DNA of 64,000 nt from positions 209,686,001 to 209,750,000 of the forward strand of contig NC_086097.1 of the NCBI RefSeq assembly GCF_963921235.1, in the 5' to 3' direction. The DNA is from Mobula hypostoma (taxonomy: Eukaryota). A program made the position numbers and the translations under genes. Positions within the stretch are counted from its first letter, which is position 1; each line of letters starts with the position of its first letter. Positions 62,650-64,000 of the stretch are shown here, piece by piece. The notes under the pieces were generated by a model, which searched no databases, was not told the origin of the DNA, and saw only the letters and a program-made list of their open reading frames with translations.

Positions 62650-64000
62650 GCAATACTCACCAAACTCTCAAAACATTCACACTATGAATGTAAGTGGTTC
62701 TGGGCAATAATCATTGAGGTAGGTCACCACACTCTTCTTGGGCACCGGTATATTGAAGCCTGCTTGAAGCAGATAGGTACTACACTCTGCCGAAGTGAGA
62801 GGTTAAAGATCTCAGTGAACACACCATCCAGCTGGTCAGCACAGATCTTTCATATGTGACCAGGTACACCTTCCAGTCCAGGTGTTTTCAATGGATTCAC
62901 CCCGCACCTCCCCCCCCCCGCCCCCCAAGGCAGCCTGCACATGGATTTCAGGGACTGAGATCATAGGATCATCGGGGGATGTGGGGGTTTGCGATGGTTC
63001 CTCCATGTTCTGATGGTCAAAGCAGGCATCGAAGGCATTGAGCTCTCTTGGAAGCGAAGCCCTCTTGTCTCCCATGTTGGTTGATTTACCCCTGATAGCA
63101 TTCAAGCCCTGGCACAGCTGTCGAGTACCCCCCGTTTATTGAAGTTTGGTGCAGAATTTTACTTCACCAATAACATGGCTTTCCAGTGATCATACCTGCA
63201 TCTCTTGTAGCTTGCTTGATTTCCAGAGTAGAATGCCTCTAATCTGGCCCTTAACAGATTTTTGATCTTATGGTTCATGCCGGGCTTCTGATTGGGGATG
63301 ATTCTGAATGATTTAATGGGAACACACTCATCTACAGCTGTTTTAATAAAGTCTGTTGCAACCATGGTACATTCATTCAGATCACTATATGTGTGCTAGA
63401 ACAAGGCCTAGTCCACTGACTCAAGGTAATCCCATAATCGCACCGCTGCCTCCTGTGACCAGCTCTTTGTTGTGCTAATCTCTGGAGCCTTGCTTTTTAG
63501 CCTCTGTTTGCATGCAGGTAGGAGGAAGTCCGCCTAGTGATCTGATTTGCCAAAATATGGCCTGGGTAAGAAATGGTAGGTGTTCCTTATCTTAATATAG
63601 CAGTGGTCTAGTATGTTGGGACCTCTGGTGCTACAGGTTATATGCTGGTGATAATCGGACAGGGTTTTCTTCAATCAAGTCTCAGACTATAATTTGAAAT
63701 GTGTCGGGATGGCCGCAGATGATATATAGTTTGCAGCTGGGATTACGTCGGAGAACTCCTGATATAAATAGAATGAATGGCATTTAACCATTCAGTGTTC
63801 CAAATCAGGGGAACTCCAGTTTGACAGAACTGCCATGTCAGAGTACCATCAAGACTTAGCCATAAATACACATCTCCACCCTTTGCCTTTCCCGAGTCCG
63901 TAGTTCGATCCATTCTGTGAATCGTGAATCCTTTTGGTCTGACTGCTGCACCCGGTGTATCTGGGGAAAGCCACATTTTGAGAGCATACAACTGAGCAGA
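62650..64000 (-). mobile_element. Rex1-type LINE, endonuclease/linker part (runs off window)
   Basis: WLSPDTP..GFTIHRMDR...KAKGG, DFIKTAVDECVP..PNQKP, LPRELNAFDACFD. Confidence 0.8.

Noticed and set aside
1..64000. CRISPR arrays, prokaryotic operons, retron or DGR systems suggested by the many RT ORFs
   Set aside because: The sequence is vertebrate, all RTs are non-LTR retrotransposon type, and there are no regularly spaced repeats.

Overview
Eukaryotic, non-genic (intergenic or deep intronic) vertebrate DNA. It is probably from a cartilaginous fish, an inference from the CR1-dominated repeat landscape and HE1-like V-SINEs. Most of the window is nested transposable elements: many CR1 LINE fragments (one near full length, with SGNH-esterase ORF1 and APE-RT ORF2), Rex1/Babar-type and RTE LINE fragments, a Ty3/Gypsy LTR+gag relic, V-SINEs, RTE-related SINEs, three kinds of hAT DNA transposon, and about 13 Penelope-like element (PLE) pieces. 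No host protein-coding gene could be supported, and nearly all listed ORFs are TE remnants or spurious. Main points of interest: (1) minimal type-I hammerhead ribozyme motifs in the PLE repeats, five with an intact core; (2) a recurring head-to-head inverted PLE insertion architecture with 13-15 bp TSDs, where one inverted arm starts at the predicted ribozyme cleavage site; (3) a hAT family with 6-bp TSDs whose transposase appears to be spliced, its two exons surviving in two neighbouring defective copies; (4) a multi-layer nested insertion at 5-12 kb. Boundaries of old degraded elements are approximate and were read by eye.
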